A DNA stretch of 64,000 nucleotides from Halorutilales archaeon Cl-col2-1. GTDB lineage: Archaea; Halobacteriota; Halobacteria; Halobacteriales; Afararchaeaceae. Below are positions 28,713-38,633 of this stretch, piece after piece; within the stretch, counting starts at the first letter, position 1; each line of letters begins with the position of its first letter. The position numbers were made by a program, and so were the translations under genes. The notes beneath the pieces are model-generated. The model did no database searches, was not told the origin of the DNA, and saw only the letters and a program-made list of their open reading frames with translations. The DNA is taken from positions 1,856,001 to 1,920,000 of the forward strand of contig CP169074.1 of NCBI GenBank assembly GCA_041891055.1. Direction: 5' to 3'.

Positions 28713-29876
28713 TTAGAGCTCCTTGAAGAAGCTCTTGACACCTCTCTTCGCTCCTCTAACCGAAGCTATGTGTCTCGCTGCGACCGTCTTCTTGAGGAGG
28801 CGCGCTGCGACCCCGCCGAAGACATTTCCGTTCACCATAGCGACCGCCTCACGTCCCACAGAGACGAGCGTCCCGGGGTCGTTTAGCTCTAACTCCTTGA
28901 GGCCGTCGCCGTCTATCTTCCTCAGTATGTTCTCGGCACATACGTCCGCCTCGTCCTCCGCCGCCCAAGCCGTCTGTGGTGCTCTGTTTCCGTTGGTGTC
29001 TTCGACAGCCGCAGCGTCTCCTATTACGAATACGTCGTCGGCGTCGACCGACTCGAGGTACTCGTCGACCTTGAAGGCGTTTCTCTCGGCGTCCTCGGTC
29101 TCTATGTCGATGTCGAACTCCCTCGCCGTCAGACCGCCCGCCCAGATCAGCATGTCGTACTCTATCGGGTCACCCTCGTCAAGACGCACCTCGTTGTCGG
29201 TGACCTCGGTTATGGGGTCGCCCGTCTTCGTCTGTATCCCCTTCGAGCGCAGGAGTCTCTTTATATGTGACCTCAGACGGTCGTCGACGCTGGGTCCCGG
29301 CATGACCTCGTCGAGAGCCTCTATTATGTTCACAGTAACTTCCCCTTCCCTGACCTCTGCGTCGTCTATGACGTCTGCTATCTCTCCCGCCGTCTGTATA
29401 CCTGAGAGACCCGCCCCTCCGATGACGACACGTTTCTCGGCACCCTCCTTCGCCTCCTCGACTATCTCCTCTAGCTCGTGTCTTATGCTGAAGCCGTCGC
29501 CGAGGCTCCGGAGAGTGTGGGCATTCTCCTCCATCCCCGGAATTCCGTAGAAAGCAGTACGCTGTCCGAGTGCTATAACGAGGTAGTCGTACTCGATCTC
29601 GTCGTCTTCTAAGACAACCTTCTTCTCCTCGAACTCGAATCCCTCGACCTCCGACTCGACGAATTTCTCCCTATCCTTCTTTATCTCGTCCATGGGTATG
29701 GCAATCTCCTCGTCGACCGACGGGTCGTATATGACTCTGTGAACTTCGTGGCGCACGAGGTGGTAGTCGTTCTTGTCGATCCAGACGATCTCGTCGTTGT
29801 CGTCGAGGCTACTCCTGAGACGTTTAACCACGGTCGCGCCCCCGTATCCCGCGCCGAGAACTACTACCCTGTTCAT
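28713..29876 (-). CDS. ndh: Type II NADH dehydrogenase-like FAD oxidoreductase
   Basis: VVVLGAGYGG, YDYLVIALG, IGGAGLSG, VFVIGD, PQTAWAA, GTLVSVG. Confidence 0.85.
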   Translation of the reverse strand: MNRVVVLGAGYGGATVVKRLRSSLDDNDEIVWIDKNDYHLVRHEVHRVIYDPSVDEEIAIPMDEIKKDREKFVESEVEGFEFEEKKVVLEDDEIEYDYLVIALGQRTAFYGIPGMEENAHTLRSLGDGFSIRHELEEIVEEAKEGAEKRVVIGGAGLSGIQTAGEIADVIDDAEVREGEVTVNIIEALDEVMPGPSVDDRLRSHIKRLLRSKGIQTKTGDPITEVTDNEVRLDEGDPIEYDMLIWAGGLTAREFDIDIETEDAERNAFKVDEYLESVDADDVFVIGDAAAVEDTNGNRAPQTAWAAEDEADVCAENILRKIDGDGLKELELNDPGTLVSVGREAVAMVNGNVFGGVAARLLKKTVAARHIASVRGAKRGVKSFFKEL

Positions 29877-30069
29877 ATACCTTTTAGAGTCTTGACCACA
29901 AAACGTCTATCGGTAGGAATCAACTCACTACTATCGATTGTGTATATCTATCTATCGTTGCAATTCGGGAAGTATGTAAACAGTCCCCAAGGCATCGAAA
30001 TAAAGCAAGAGTTTTATTATACCGATCCCCGATATACACAGTGGAACAGACTTTTTCACGGGAGAAAGA

Positions 30070-30309
30070 ATGAGCACGTTCAACGTCACTGACCACGACA
30101 TGGCGCCCGAGCACATCTTGCTCGACGACGACGAGGTCGAGGAGGTTCTGGAGAGGTACGATCTCGAAAAGCCCGAGCTCCCCAAGATACGGGAGAGCGA
30201 CGCCGGCTTGTCGAACCTCGACGCCGAGGTCGGCGACGTCATCAAGATTGTCAGGGAGTCGTGGACTACCGACAGAGCCGTCACATACAGACTTGTCATA
30301 GAGGACTAA
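30070..30309 (+). CDS. rpoH: RNA polymerase subunit H (Rpo5)
   Basis: HDMAPEH, LPKI, GDVIKIVRES, YRLV. Confidence 0.96.
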   Translation: MSTFNVTDHDMAPEHILLDDDEVEEVLERYDLEKPELPKIRESDAGLSNLDAEVGDVIKIVRESWTTDRAVTYRLVIED

Positions 30310-30316
30310 AACAAAA

Positions 30317-31945
30317 ATGAGCTTGGACAGAGGAAAGCTAGCCGACGCTTACTTCGGACAGGAACGCCTCGCACAGCACCATATCTCGTCGTTCAACAAC
30401 TTCCTTGAACACGGGATGCAGAGGGTTGTCGACGAGCAGGAGACGATAGATACCGACATAGGTGAGAAGGAGGGTGAGGAAGAGGTCTACATAAAGCTCG
30501 GAGAGGTCGAGGTCGGAACACCTATGGTGAGAGAGGCAGATGGAAGCGAGGAGACACTCTACCCGCAGGAGTCGCGTCTCAGGAACATAAGTTACAGCGC
30601 GCCTCTGAGGATGGAGATGCAGATCGTCGAGGGCGACTACGAACACGAGCCCGTCAAGACGACTATAGGCAAGATGCCTATAATGATAAAGAGTAAGAAC
30701 TGTAACCTCGCGGGACTCGACGACGACGAGCTAGTCAAGACAGGAGAGGACCCCGTTGACCCCGGAGGCTACTTCATAGTCAACGGGAGCGAGCGTGTCC
30801 TGATGACGAGCGAGGATCTCGCGCCCAACACTATACTCGCCGAGAAAGACACTAAGTACGGCGACGATATACAGGTCGCGAAGGTCTTCTCACACAGACA
30901 GGGATACCGCGCCCTCGTGACTGTCGAGAGAGGACGTGATTCGCTCCTCAACGTCGGATTCCCGAGCGTCTCGAACGACATAAACTTCGTCACACTCGTA
31001 CGTGCTCTCGGACTTGAGACCGACGAGGAGATAGTCAACTCTGTCTCTAACGACCCCGAGATAGTCAAGTTCATGCTCGAAAATCTCGAAGAGGCGGAGG
31101 TTCAGACACAGGAGGAGGCGATGGAACTCCTAGGCGAGAAGGTCGCGAGCGGACAGGCGAAGGACTACCAGAGAAAGCGCGCCGACTACGTCATAGACAG
31201 ATATCTACTCCCTCATCTCGAGGACGTCAGTGAGAACGACGAGGAGGTCAGGATAGCGAAGGCGCATTACCTCTGCCGTATGGCGGAGACGTGTTTCGAG
31301 CTCGCACTCGGCAGGAGGGAGCCCGACGACAAGGATCATTACTCGAACAAACGTCTCAAGATATCCGGAGACCTGATGCAGGATCTCTTCCGTGTCGCTC
31401 TCAACAAGCTCGCGCGCGACGTCAAGTACCAGCTCGAACGTGCCAACATGAGAAACCGCGAGCTACGTGTCGACACCGTCGTCCGTAGCGACGTACTCAC
31501 CGAGAGACTCGAACATCCACTCGCTACGGGTAACTGGGTCGGAGGACGTACTGGTGTCGCACAGCTTCTCGACAGGTCGAACCACATGGCGATACTGAGC
31601 CATCTCAGACGTGTCGTCTCACCCCTCTCACGCGGACAGCCCCATTTCGAGGCGCGCGACCTACATCCGACACAGTGGGGACGTATCTGCCCGGGTGAGA
31701 CACCAGAGGGACCTAACTGTGGACTCGTGAAGAACTTCGCCCAGTCGGTCGAGATATCGAAGGGGCTTGAAGACGACACACACGTACGTGACACACTCTC
31801 CGACCTCGGAGTCGAGAGGATACATACTTCGCCGACCTCCTCGGACGCAGGAGCTGAGTCTGACTCCGAGTCCGAGGCAGAGGCGGAGGAGTCCAACGAC
31901 GTCGAAACCGAAGAGATTCCCGAGACAGAGGAAGCAGAAGCATAA
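30317..31945 (+). CDS. rpoB2: RNA polymerase subunit B''
   Basis: DPGGYFIVNGSERV, DDKDHYSNKRL, ARDLHPTQWGRICP.ETPEG. Confidence 0.97.
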   Translation: MSLDRGKLADAYFGQERLAQHHISSFNNFLEHGMQRVVDEQETIDTDIGEKEGEEEVYIKLGEVEVGTPMVREADGSEETLYPQESRLRNISYSAPLRMEMQIVEGDYEHEPVKTTIGKMPIMIKSKNCNLAGLDDDELVKTGEDPVDPGGYFIVNGSERVLMTSEDLAPNTILAEKDTKYGDDIQVAKVFSHRQGYRALVTVERGRDSLLNVGFPSVSNDINFVTLVRALGLETDEEIVNSVSNDPEIVKFMLENLEEAEVQTQEEAMELLGEKVASGQAKDYQRKRADYVIDRYLLPHLEDVSENDEEVRIAKAHYLCRMAETCFELALGRREPDDKDHYSNKRLKISGDLMQDLFRVALNKLARDVKYQLERANMRNRELRVDTVVRSDVLTERLEHPLATGNWVGGRTGVAQLLDRSNHMAILSHLRRVVSPLSRGQPHFEARDLHPTQWGRICPGETPEGPNCGLVKNFAQSVEISKGLEDDTHVRDTLSDLGVERIHTSPTSSDAGAESDSESEAEAEESNDVETEEIPETEEAEA

Positions 31946-31954
31946 CAATATAAC

Positions 31955-33778
31955 ATGAGTTCGGAAACCTCGAAAGTATACATAGACGGAAGTCTCGTAG
32001 GAACCCACGAGAGACCCGAGGATCTCGTAGAGAGCCTCAGGCAGGAGAGAAGACGCGGAAACATAAGCGACCAGGTCAATATATCGATAGACAAACGCAC
32101 GAAGGAGGTCTTCGTCGACACCGGACCCGGAAGGGCACGCCGCCCTCTAGTAGTCGTCGAGGACGGTGAGCCTCTCGTCACACAGGAACACATAGACGCG
32201 CTCGAAAACGACGAGATAGAGTTCGAGGATCTCGTCGAGAAGGGGTACGTCGAGTACATAGACGGAAACGAGGAGGAAGACCTCCTGATCGCCGTAGACG
32301 AGGACGAGCTTACCGAGAACCACACCCACCTCGAACTCTACCCGTCGCTAATATTCGGAATCTGTGCGGGAATGATCCCGTACCCCGAACACAACGCCTC
32401 GCCACGTATAACCATGGGAGCGGGAATGGTGAAGCAGTCGCTGGGTCTTCCGGCGGCGAACTACCGAGTCCGTTCGGACACTCAGTCGAACCTTCTCCAT
32501 TACCCACAGCTCTCGATGGTCACGACACAGACATCGGAGTCGATAGGCTACGACGACCGTCCTGCGGCACAGAACTTCGTCGTCGCGGTGATGTCTTACG
32601 AGGGCTTCAACATTGAGGATGCCCTCATACTCAACCAGGGAAGCGTCGACAGGGCACTTGCGCGTTCACACTTCTTCCGTATGTACGAGGCGGAGGAACG
32701 CGGCTACCCCGGTGGACAGGAAGACAGATTCGAGATTCCTGAAGATGACGTCCGTGGACACAAGGGAGAGGACGCCTACACACACTTAGACGACGACGGA
32801 CTCGTAAACCCTGAGACTGAGGTCGGACAGAGCGAGGTTCTCGTCGGCAAGACTTCACCGCCGCGTTTCTTAGAGGAGCCCGACACGATGGCGGGTCTGT
32901 CGCCCCAGAAGAGACGTGAGACGAGTGTGACGATGAGGTCGAACGAGAAGGGAATCGTCGACACGGTGATGCTGATGGAGGGTCAGGAGGGCAACAAGGT
33001 CGCGAAGGTACGTGTGAGGGATGAGAGAATTCCCGAACTCGGAGACAAGTTCGCCTCGAAACACGGACAGAAGGGTATCACGGGACATATAGCTCCACAG
33101 GAGGACATGCCCTTCACCGAGGACGGCATAACACCCGATCTGATCATAAACCCCCACGCGCTCCCGTCACGTATGACTGTGGGGCACGTCTTAGAGATGC
33201 TCGGCGGAAAGGTCGGTGCTCTCGAAGGAAGACGTATAGACGGAACTGCCTTCACGGGTGAGGACGAGGAAGATCTCAGAGAGTCGCTCGAGGAACGCGG
33301 ATTCAAGTCGTCGGGCAAACAGACGATGCACTCGGGTATCACGGGCGAGAAGATAGACGCCGAGATATACACCGGAATCATTCTCTACCAGAAGCTCCAC
33401 CACATGGTGAGCAAGAAGATACACGCGCGCTCACACGGTCCCGTCCAGGTTCTGACACGTCAGCCCACCGAGGGACGTGCGAGAGAGGGTGGTCTACGTA
33501 TAGGAGAGATGGAGCGCGACGTCCTGATAGGACACGGCGCTGCACTCACACTCAAGGATCGTCTCCTCGACGAGTCGGATCGTGAGATGATCTACGTCTG
33601 TTCGAACTGTGGAATGACTGCGACAGAGGACGTACGTCAGAACCGCGTCTACTGTCCCAACTGTGACTCGGAGACAGGAATACACGAGGTCGAGATGAGC
33701 TACGCCTTCAAGCTACTACTCGACGAGATGAAGTCGCTCGGAATAGCACCGCGCCTCGACCTAGAGGACGCGGTTTAG
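31955..33778 (+). CDS. rpoB1: RNA polymerase subunit B'
   Basis: [44 protein letters not shown]-terminal zinc ribbon. Confidence 0.97.
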   Translation: MSSETSKVYIDGSLVGTHERPEDLVESLRQERRRGNISDQVNISIDKRTKEVFVDTGPGRARRPLVVVEDGEPLVTQEHIDALENDEIEFEDLVEKGYVEYIDGNEEEDLLIAVDEDELTENHTHLELYPSLIFGICAGMIPYPEHNASPRITMGAGMVKQSLGLPAANYRVRSDTQSNLLHYPQLSMVTTQTSESIGYDDRPAAQNFVVAVMSYEGFNIEDALILNQGSVDRALARSHFFRMYEAEERGYPGGQEDRFEIPEDDVRGHKGEDAYTHLDDDGLVNPETEVGQSEVLVGKTSPPRFLEEPDTMAGLSPQKRRETSVTMRSNEKGIVDTVMLMEGQEGNKVAKVRVRDERIPELGDKFASKHGQKGITGHIAPQEDMPFTEDGITPDLIINPHALPSRMTVGHVLEMLGGKVGALEGRRIDGTAFTGEDEEDLRESLEERGFKSSGKQTMHSGITGEKIDAEIYTGIILYQKLHHMVSKKIHARSHGPVQVLTRQPTEGRAREGGLRIGEMERDVLIGHGAALTLKDRLLDESDREMIYVCSNCGMTATEDVRQNRVYCPNCDSETGIHEVEMSYAFKLLLDEMKSLGIAPRLDLEDAV

Positions 33779-33803
33779 GTTAAACCAACTAACAACAATA
33801 ATT

Positions 33804-36458
33804 ATGAGTACGAACACAAGTCCCAAGAAGATTAACTCGATCGACTTTGGGCTAATGAGTCCCCAGTCGTACCGTGATATGAGCGTCACGAAGATAATCA
33901 CGGCTGACACTTACGACGACGATGGCTTCCCGATAGACATGGGTCTGATGGATCCACGTCTCGGCGTCATAGATCCGGGTCTCCAGTGCAAGACGTGTGG
34001 GAAACGGTCGGGTCAGTGTGAAGGACACTTTGGACACATAGAGCTCGCCGCGCCCGTGATACACGTCGGCTTCTCGAAGCTCATCAGACGTCTCCTCAGA
34101 GGTACATGCAGGGAGTGTTCACGACTACTCCTCACAGAGGATCAGAAAGACGAGTTCGACGAGAAGCTTGAGAAGACGAGGTCGTTCAACCAGGATCTCA
34201 GCGATGTCACCAAGAGTGCTATAAGGGCGGCGAGGAAGAACGACTTCTGTCCCTACTGTGGTGAGGAACAGAAGAAGATCAAACACGAGAAGCCGACGAC
34301 CTACTACGAGGACGGTCACAAGCTGATGCCGTCGGACGTCAGAGACCGTCTCGAACGTATACCCGACGACGACCTCGAAGCCATAGGCATAGACGCCGAG
34401 GACTCACGTCCCGAGTGGATGATTCTCACAGTCCTCCCCGTACCTCCCGTGACCGCACGTCCGTCGATAACACTCGACAACGGACAGAGAAGCGAGGACG
34501 ACCTCACCCACAAGCTCGTCGACATAATACGTATCAACCAGAGATTCATGGAGAACCGAGAGGCGGGATCGCCCCAGCTCATCATAGAGGATCTCTGGGA
34601 GCTTCTCCAGTACCACGTCACGACCTTCATGGACAACGAGATATCGGGTACTCCTCCCGCACGCCACAGGTCGGGGAGACCCCTCAAGACACTCTCCCAG
34701 AGGCTCAAGGGCAAGGAGGGACGTTTCAGAGGCTCTCTCTCCGGAAAACGTGTCAACTTCTCTTCGCGTACAGTCATCTCTCCCGATCCGACTCTCTCGG
34801 TCAACGAGATAGGAGTTCCCGAGAGCATAGCCAAGGAGATGACACAGAGCATGACCGTCACCCACAACAACATAGAGGAGGCGGTCGAGTACGTACGTCG
34901 TGGTCCCGAGAACCACCCCGGTGCGAACTACGTCAAGAGGAGCGACGGAAGACGTCTCAAGGTCACCGACACGAACTCCGAGAACCTCGCAGAGAGGATG
35001 CTCGAGGAGGACGACGACGGCAACATACGTGGCATCGGATGGACGGTCGACAGACAGCTCAAGGACGGCGACATAGTACTCTTCAACCGACAGCCCTCGC
35101 TCCATCGCATGTCGATGATGGCACACGAGGTCGTCGTGATGCCCCACAAGACCTTCAGGCTCAACACGACGGTCTGTCCGCCGTACAACGCCGACTTCGA
35201 CGGCGACGAGATGAACATGCATGTCCTCCAGAGCGAGGAGGCGCGTGCCGAGGCGCGTATACTCATGAGGGTTCAGGAACACATACTCTCACCGCGTTTC
35301 GGAGGTCCGATAGTCGGAGCGATACAGGATCACATCTCGGGACTCTACCTCCTCACACACGGAGAGAGACAGTTCGACGAGTCGGCGGCACTTGACCTCC
35401 TGAGGATGACGACGGTCGACAACCTACCCGAGCCCGACGGAACCGAGGACGGCGACGAGTACTGGACCGGAAAGACGATCTTCTCGCTCATACTCCCCGA
35501 AGGTCTCGACATGGAGTTCGAGTCGTCGGCAGGTGACACCGTCGTAATCGAGGACGGCGAGCTACTCGACGGCACTATAGACGAGAACGCGATGGGAAGC
35601 TTTGTCGGAGAGATAATAGACCTCGTAACCAAGGTCTACGGTGAGTCACGTTCGGCTCAGCTAATAGACGACGCATCGTCGCTCGCTATACGCGCTATAA
35701 TGCATTTCGGCTTCTCGTTCGGAATCGACGACGAGGATCTCCCCGAGGAGGCACACGAGGAGATAGACGCCTCTATAGTCGAAGCCGAGAAGGAGGCAGA
35801 ACGTCTCATAGAGACCTACGAACGCGGCGAGCTAGAGTCGCTCCCGGGACGTACTCTTGAGGAGACACTTGAGATGAAGATAATGCAGGCTCTCGGAAAG
35901 GCACGTGACTCGGCGGGAGAGATAGCCGAGGACTACCTCGAAGAGGACAACCCCGCCGTCGTGATGGCGGAGTCAGGAGCACGTGGATCGATGCTCAACC
36001 TCACACAGATGGCAGGCTGTGTCGGACAGCAGGCTGTGAGAGGCGAACGCATAAACAGGGGATACGAGAACAGGACTCTTCCTCATTTCGAGGAGGGTGA
36101 CCTGTCGTCCGACGCGCGCGGCTTCGTCGAGCACTCGTACAAGGAAGGTCTCGAACCCAAGGAGTTCTTCTTCCATTCGATGGGAGGACGTGAGGGACTC
36201 GTCGACACTGCGGTTCGTACCTCGAAGTCGGGATACCTCCAGCGCAGACTCATAAACGCGCTCCAGGAGATAGAGGCACAGTACGACGGAACCGTCCGTA
36301 CTACGAACGGCGACATGGTTCAGTTCGAGTACGGAGAGGACGGTACAGATCCGATGAAGATGCCGAAGGGAGAGGAGATAGACGTCGATGCGGTCGTCGA
36401 CAGAGTCCTCGAAGCCGAGTTCGACGACGAAGAGCCCGAGTTCGTGAGCGGCGACTAA
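33804..36458 (+). CDS. rpoA1: RNA polymerase subunit A'
   Basis: YNADFDGDEMN active site, GHFGHIEL, NRQPSLH, bridge helix GLVDTAVRTSKSGYLQRRL. Confidence 0.98.
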   Translation: MSTNTSPKKINSIDFGLMSPQSYRDMSVTKIITADTYDDDGFPIDMGLMDPRLGVIDPGLQCKTCGKRSGQCEGHFGHIELAAPVIHVGFSKLIRRLLRGTCRECSRLLLTEDQKDEFDEKLEKTRSFNQDLSDVTKSAIRAARKNDFCPYCGEEQKKIKHEKPTTYYEDGHKLMPSDVRDRLERIPDDDLEAIGIDAEDSRPEWMILTVLPVPPVTARPSITLDNGQRSEDDLTHKLVDIIRINQRFMENREAGSPQLIIEDLWELLQYHVTTFMDNEISGTPPARHRSGRPLKTLSQRLKGKEGRFRGSLSGKRVNFSSRTVISPDPTLSVNEIGVPESIAKEMTQSMTVTHNNIEEAVEYVRRGPENHPGANYVKRSDGRRLKVTDTNSENLAERMLEEDDDGNIRGIGWTVDRQLKDGDIVLFNRQPSLHRMSMMAHEVVVMPHKTFRLNTTVCPPYNADFDGDEMNMHVLQSEEARAEARILMRVQEHILSPRFGGPIVGAIQDHISGLYLLTHGERQFDESAALDLLRMTTVDNLPEPDGTEDGDEYWTGKTIFSLILPEGLDMEFESSAGDTVVIEDGELLDGTIDENAMGSFVGEIIDLVTKVYGESRSAQLIDDASSLAIRAIMHFGFSFGIDDEDLPEEAHEEIDASIVEAEKEAERLIETYERGELESLPGRTLEETLEMKIMQALGKARDSAGEIAEDYLEEDNPAVVMAESGARGSMLNLTQMAGCVGQQAVRGERINRGYENRTLPHFEEGDLSSDARGFVEHSYKEGLEPKEFFFHSMGGREGLVDTAVRTSKSGYLQRRLINALQEIEAQYDGTVRTTNGDMVQFEYGEDGTDPMKMPKGEEIDVDAVVDRVLEAEFDDEEPEFVSGD

Positions 36459-36484
36459 AATAAGAGTAAGAGAGTGATAAAAAC

Positions 36485-37642
36485 ATGTCAGTAGAACCCG
36501 AGACAGTCGAGTCGAAGCTCGAAGACAGCGAGCTTCCTCAGAGACTCCACGACAAAGTCAAGGACGCAGTCGGCGAGGAAGAAGTCACGGAGGCACAGAT
36601 CGACGAGATCATAGACCAGGTCGAGGACAGGTACAGGTCGACACGTATAGACCCGCTCGAACCCGTGGGTACCGTGAGCGCTCAGTCTATAGGGGAACCC
36701 GGAACCCAAATGACTATGAACACCTTCCATTACGCCGGAGTCGCCGAGATCGATGTCACACAGGGTCTCCCTCGTCTCATAGAGCTCGTCGACGCGAGGA
36801 AGGAGCCCGACACTCCGATGATGACGGTCTACCTCAAGGACGACTGGGCGACCGACCGAGAGAAGGCGCGTGAGGTCGTCTGGGACATAGAGTCGACGAC
36901 TATACTCTCGCTCGGCGACATCTCTACCAACGTCGCCGAGATGGAGGTCTCTATAAACTTAGACGATGAGATGCTCGACGAGCGTCTCCTCTCAGTCGAC
37001 GACATAGCAGACAAGATAGAGGCGGAGCTAGGTGTCGACGTCCGAGCGAACGGAACACGTGTCTCTTTCGGACCGTCGTCGCCGTCGTACCGCGAGCTTC
37101 TCCAGCTAATAGAACAGCTACGTGAGATCACGTTCAAGGGAATCGAGGAGATCGATAGGGTCGTCATACGTAAGGAAGACGTCGGCGACAGGGAGGAGTA
37201 CGTCCTCTACACCGAGGGAAGTGCACTCAAGGACGTCATACAGGTCGAGGGGGTCGACGAGACACGTACGAGAACCAACAACATACACGAGATGGCTGAT
37301 GTCTTCGGCATAGAAGCTGCGAGGAACTCCCTCATAGACGAGATGACCTCCACGCTCGAGGAACAGGGTCTCGAAGTCGACATTAGACACGAGATGCTCG
37401 TCGCAGACATAATGACGATCACGGGAGAGATACGTAGCATAGGAAGACACGGTATATCGGGTGCTAAGGAGAGCGTCCTGTCGCGTGCCGCCTTCGAGGT
37501 CACTGTCAACCAGCTTCTCGACGCCGCCGTTCACGGAGAGATCGACGACCTCGACGGAGTCATAGAGAACGTCATCGTCGGACAGCCCATAAAGCTCGGC
37601 ACGGGAGACGTTGACCTCGTTATGGGACGTCCCGAGGACTAG
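36485..37642 (+). CDS. rpoA2: RNA polymerase subunit A''
   Basis: [20 protein letters not shown] (trigger loop), GLPRL, GIEAAR, RAAFE, GTG. Confidence 0.97.
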   Translation: MSVEPETVESKLEDSELPQRLHDKVKDAVGEEEVTEAQIDEIIDQVEDRYRSTRIDPLEPVGTVSAQSIGEPGTQMTMNTFHYAGVAEIDVTQGLPRLIELVDARKEPDTPMMTVYLKDDWATDREKAREVVWDIESTTILSLGDISTNVAEMEVSINLDDEMLDERLLSVDDIADKIEAELGVDVRANGTRVSFGPSSPSYRELLQLIEQLREITFKGIEEIDRVVIRKEDVGDREEYVLYTEGSALKDVIQVEGVDETRTRTNNIHEMADVFGIEAARNSLIDEMTSTLEEQGLEVDIRHEMLVADIMTITGEIRSIGRHGISGAKESVLSRAAFEVTVNQLLDAAVHGEIDDLDGVIENVIVGQPIKLGTGDVDLVMGRPED

Positions 37643-37687
37643 TCCTCGTGTGCGCGTGAATCGGAAGATTCACGAATGTCCCGAGGA
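37629..37687. repeat. Palindrome plus hairpin flanked by a 10-bp direct repeat at the rpoA'' stop
   Basis: GTCCCGAGGA at 37629-37638 and 37678-37687; perfect palindrome CGAGGACTAGTCCTCG 37633-37648; CGTGAATC-GGAA-GATTCACG 37655-37674. Confidence 0.75.
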
Positions 37688-37732
37688 TAGCACTAGCGAC
37701 GACGAGTAGTCAGAGTAGAAAGACTCTCTTAC

Positions 37733-38383
37733 TTACTGTTTCGAGACCGTCCAGCTACCTGACGCCGACATTCCGGTGTTACTCTCGCCGCTCCAGTCGC
37801 CCTCTATCTTCGACGAGTCGTCGGAGACGTCGCCCGACATGTCCATGTTCATCGTCATGTATGACATCGCACGTCCCGAGGCGTCAGCATCGACCTCACC
37901 GTCCGACACAGAGCCTTCTATGGGTCCCGAGGCGTCACCTTCTATGCTTCCCGAGACCTCGTTGTTCGAGTAGTCGACTGTGACTGTCATGTCGCCGCCG
38001 ACGTTGACGCCTCCCGTCGCTTCGCCGCTCCAGCTTCCCGAGTACTCTACGGTTTCGGTTCTTCCGGAACTCTCGTCTTTACTGCTACTGTCCGAACCCG
38101 ATCCGGAGTCGGAGCCGGAGTCGGACGTCGTCTCAGTCTCCGACTTCTCCCCATCGGTCTGGTCTCCGGATGAGTCGGAGTCAGAGTCGGAGCTTGTCTT
38201 CGTGTCGGATTCGGATGACTCGGTCTTTGTCTCCGACTTGGAGTCCGAATCCTCGCTCGAACTCGACGAATCGTCGTCTTCCGAACTGCTGTCCTCCGAA
38301 GACTTAGCTTCCCCACCTGCGCAGCCGGCTATTCCCCCCATTACAGAGGCACCCGTTAGTGCCAGAAACTGTCGTCTTTTCAT
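37733..38383 (-). CDS. Tat-exported lipoprotein with a Ser/Asp-rich linker
   Basis: MKRRQFL Tat motif, lipobox IAGC, beta-rich C-terminal domain; ATG at 38383. Confidence 0.85.
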   Translation of the reverse strand: MKRRQFLALTGASVMGGIAGCAGGEAKSSEDSSSEDDDSSSSSEDSDSKSETKTESSESDTKTSSDSDSDSSGDQTDGEKSETETTSDSGSDSGSGSDSSSKDESSGRTETVEYSGSWSGEATGGVNVGGDMTVTVDYSNNEVSGSIEGDASGPIEGSVSDGEVDADASGRAMSYMTMNMDMSGDVSDDSSKIEGDWSGESNTGMSASGSWTVSKQ

Positions 38384-38633
38384 GTTTCCCCCAATCCCAC
38401 AGCGTTTGAAATACTGTGATGCACTCACAAATTCACCTCAGTTGCTATATAAGGGTTTCTAACGTTGTGTTAGTAATACAGACGTAGTACTATCGCCGTA
38501 ACCCATTTTGCTACTACGAGAGTAATTGGAAATAGTCAACCGGCATACCTATATATCCTTATTTTAAATTAGCTATCCGTTGACCATGATGTACTGTTGT
38601 TACAATGGTGTGTAATCATGGGTGAAACAAAAC

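Noticed and set aside
29877-30069. AT-rich gap upstream of rpoH as an ncRNA or replication origin
   Set aside because: No ORB-like repeats, no adjacent cdc6 and no convincing structure; explained by divergent promoters
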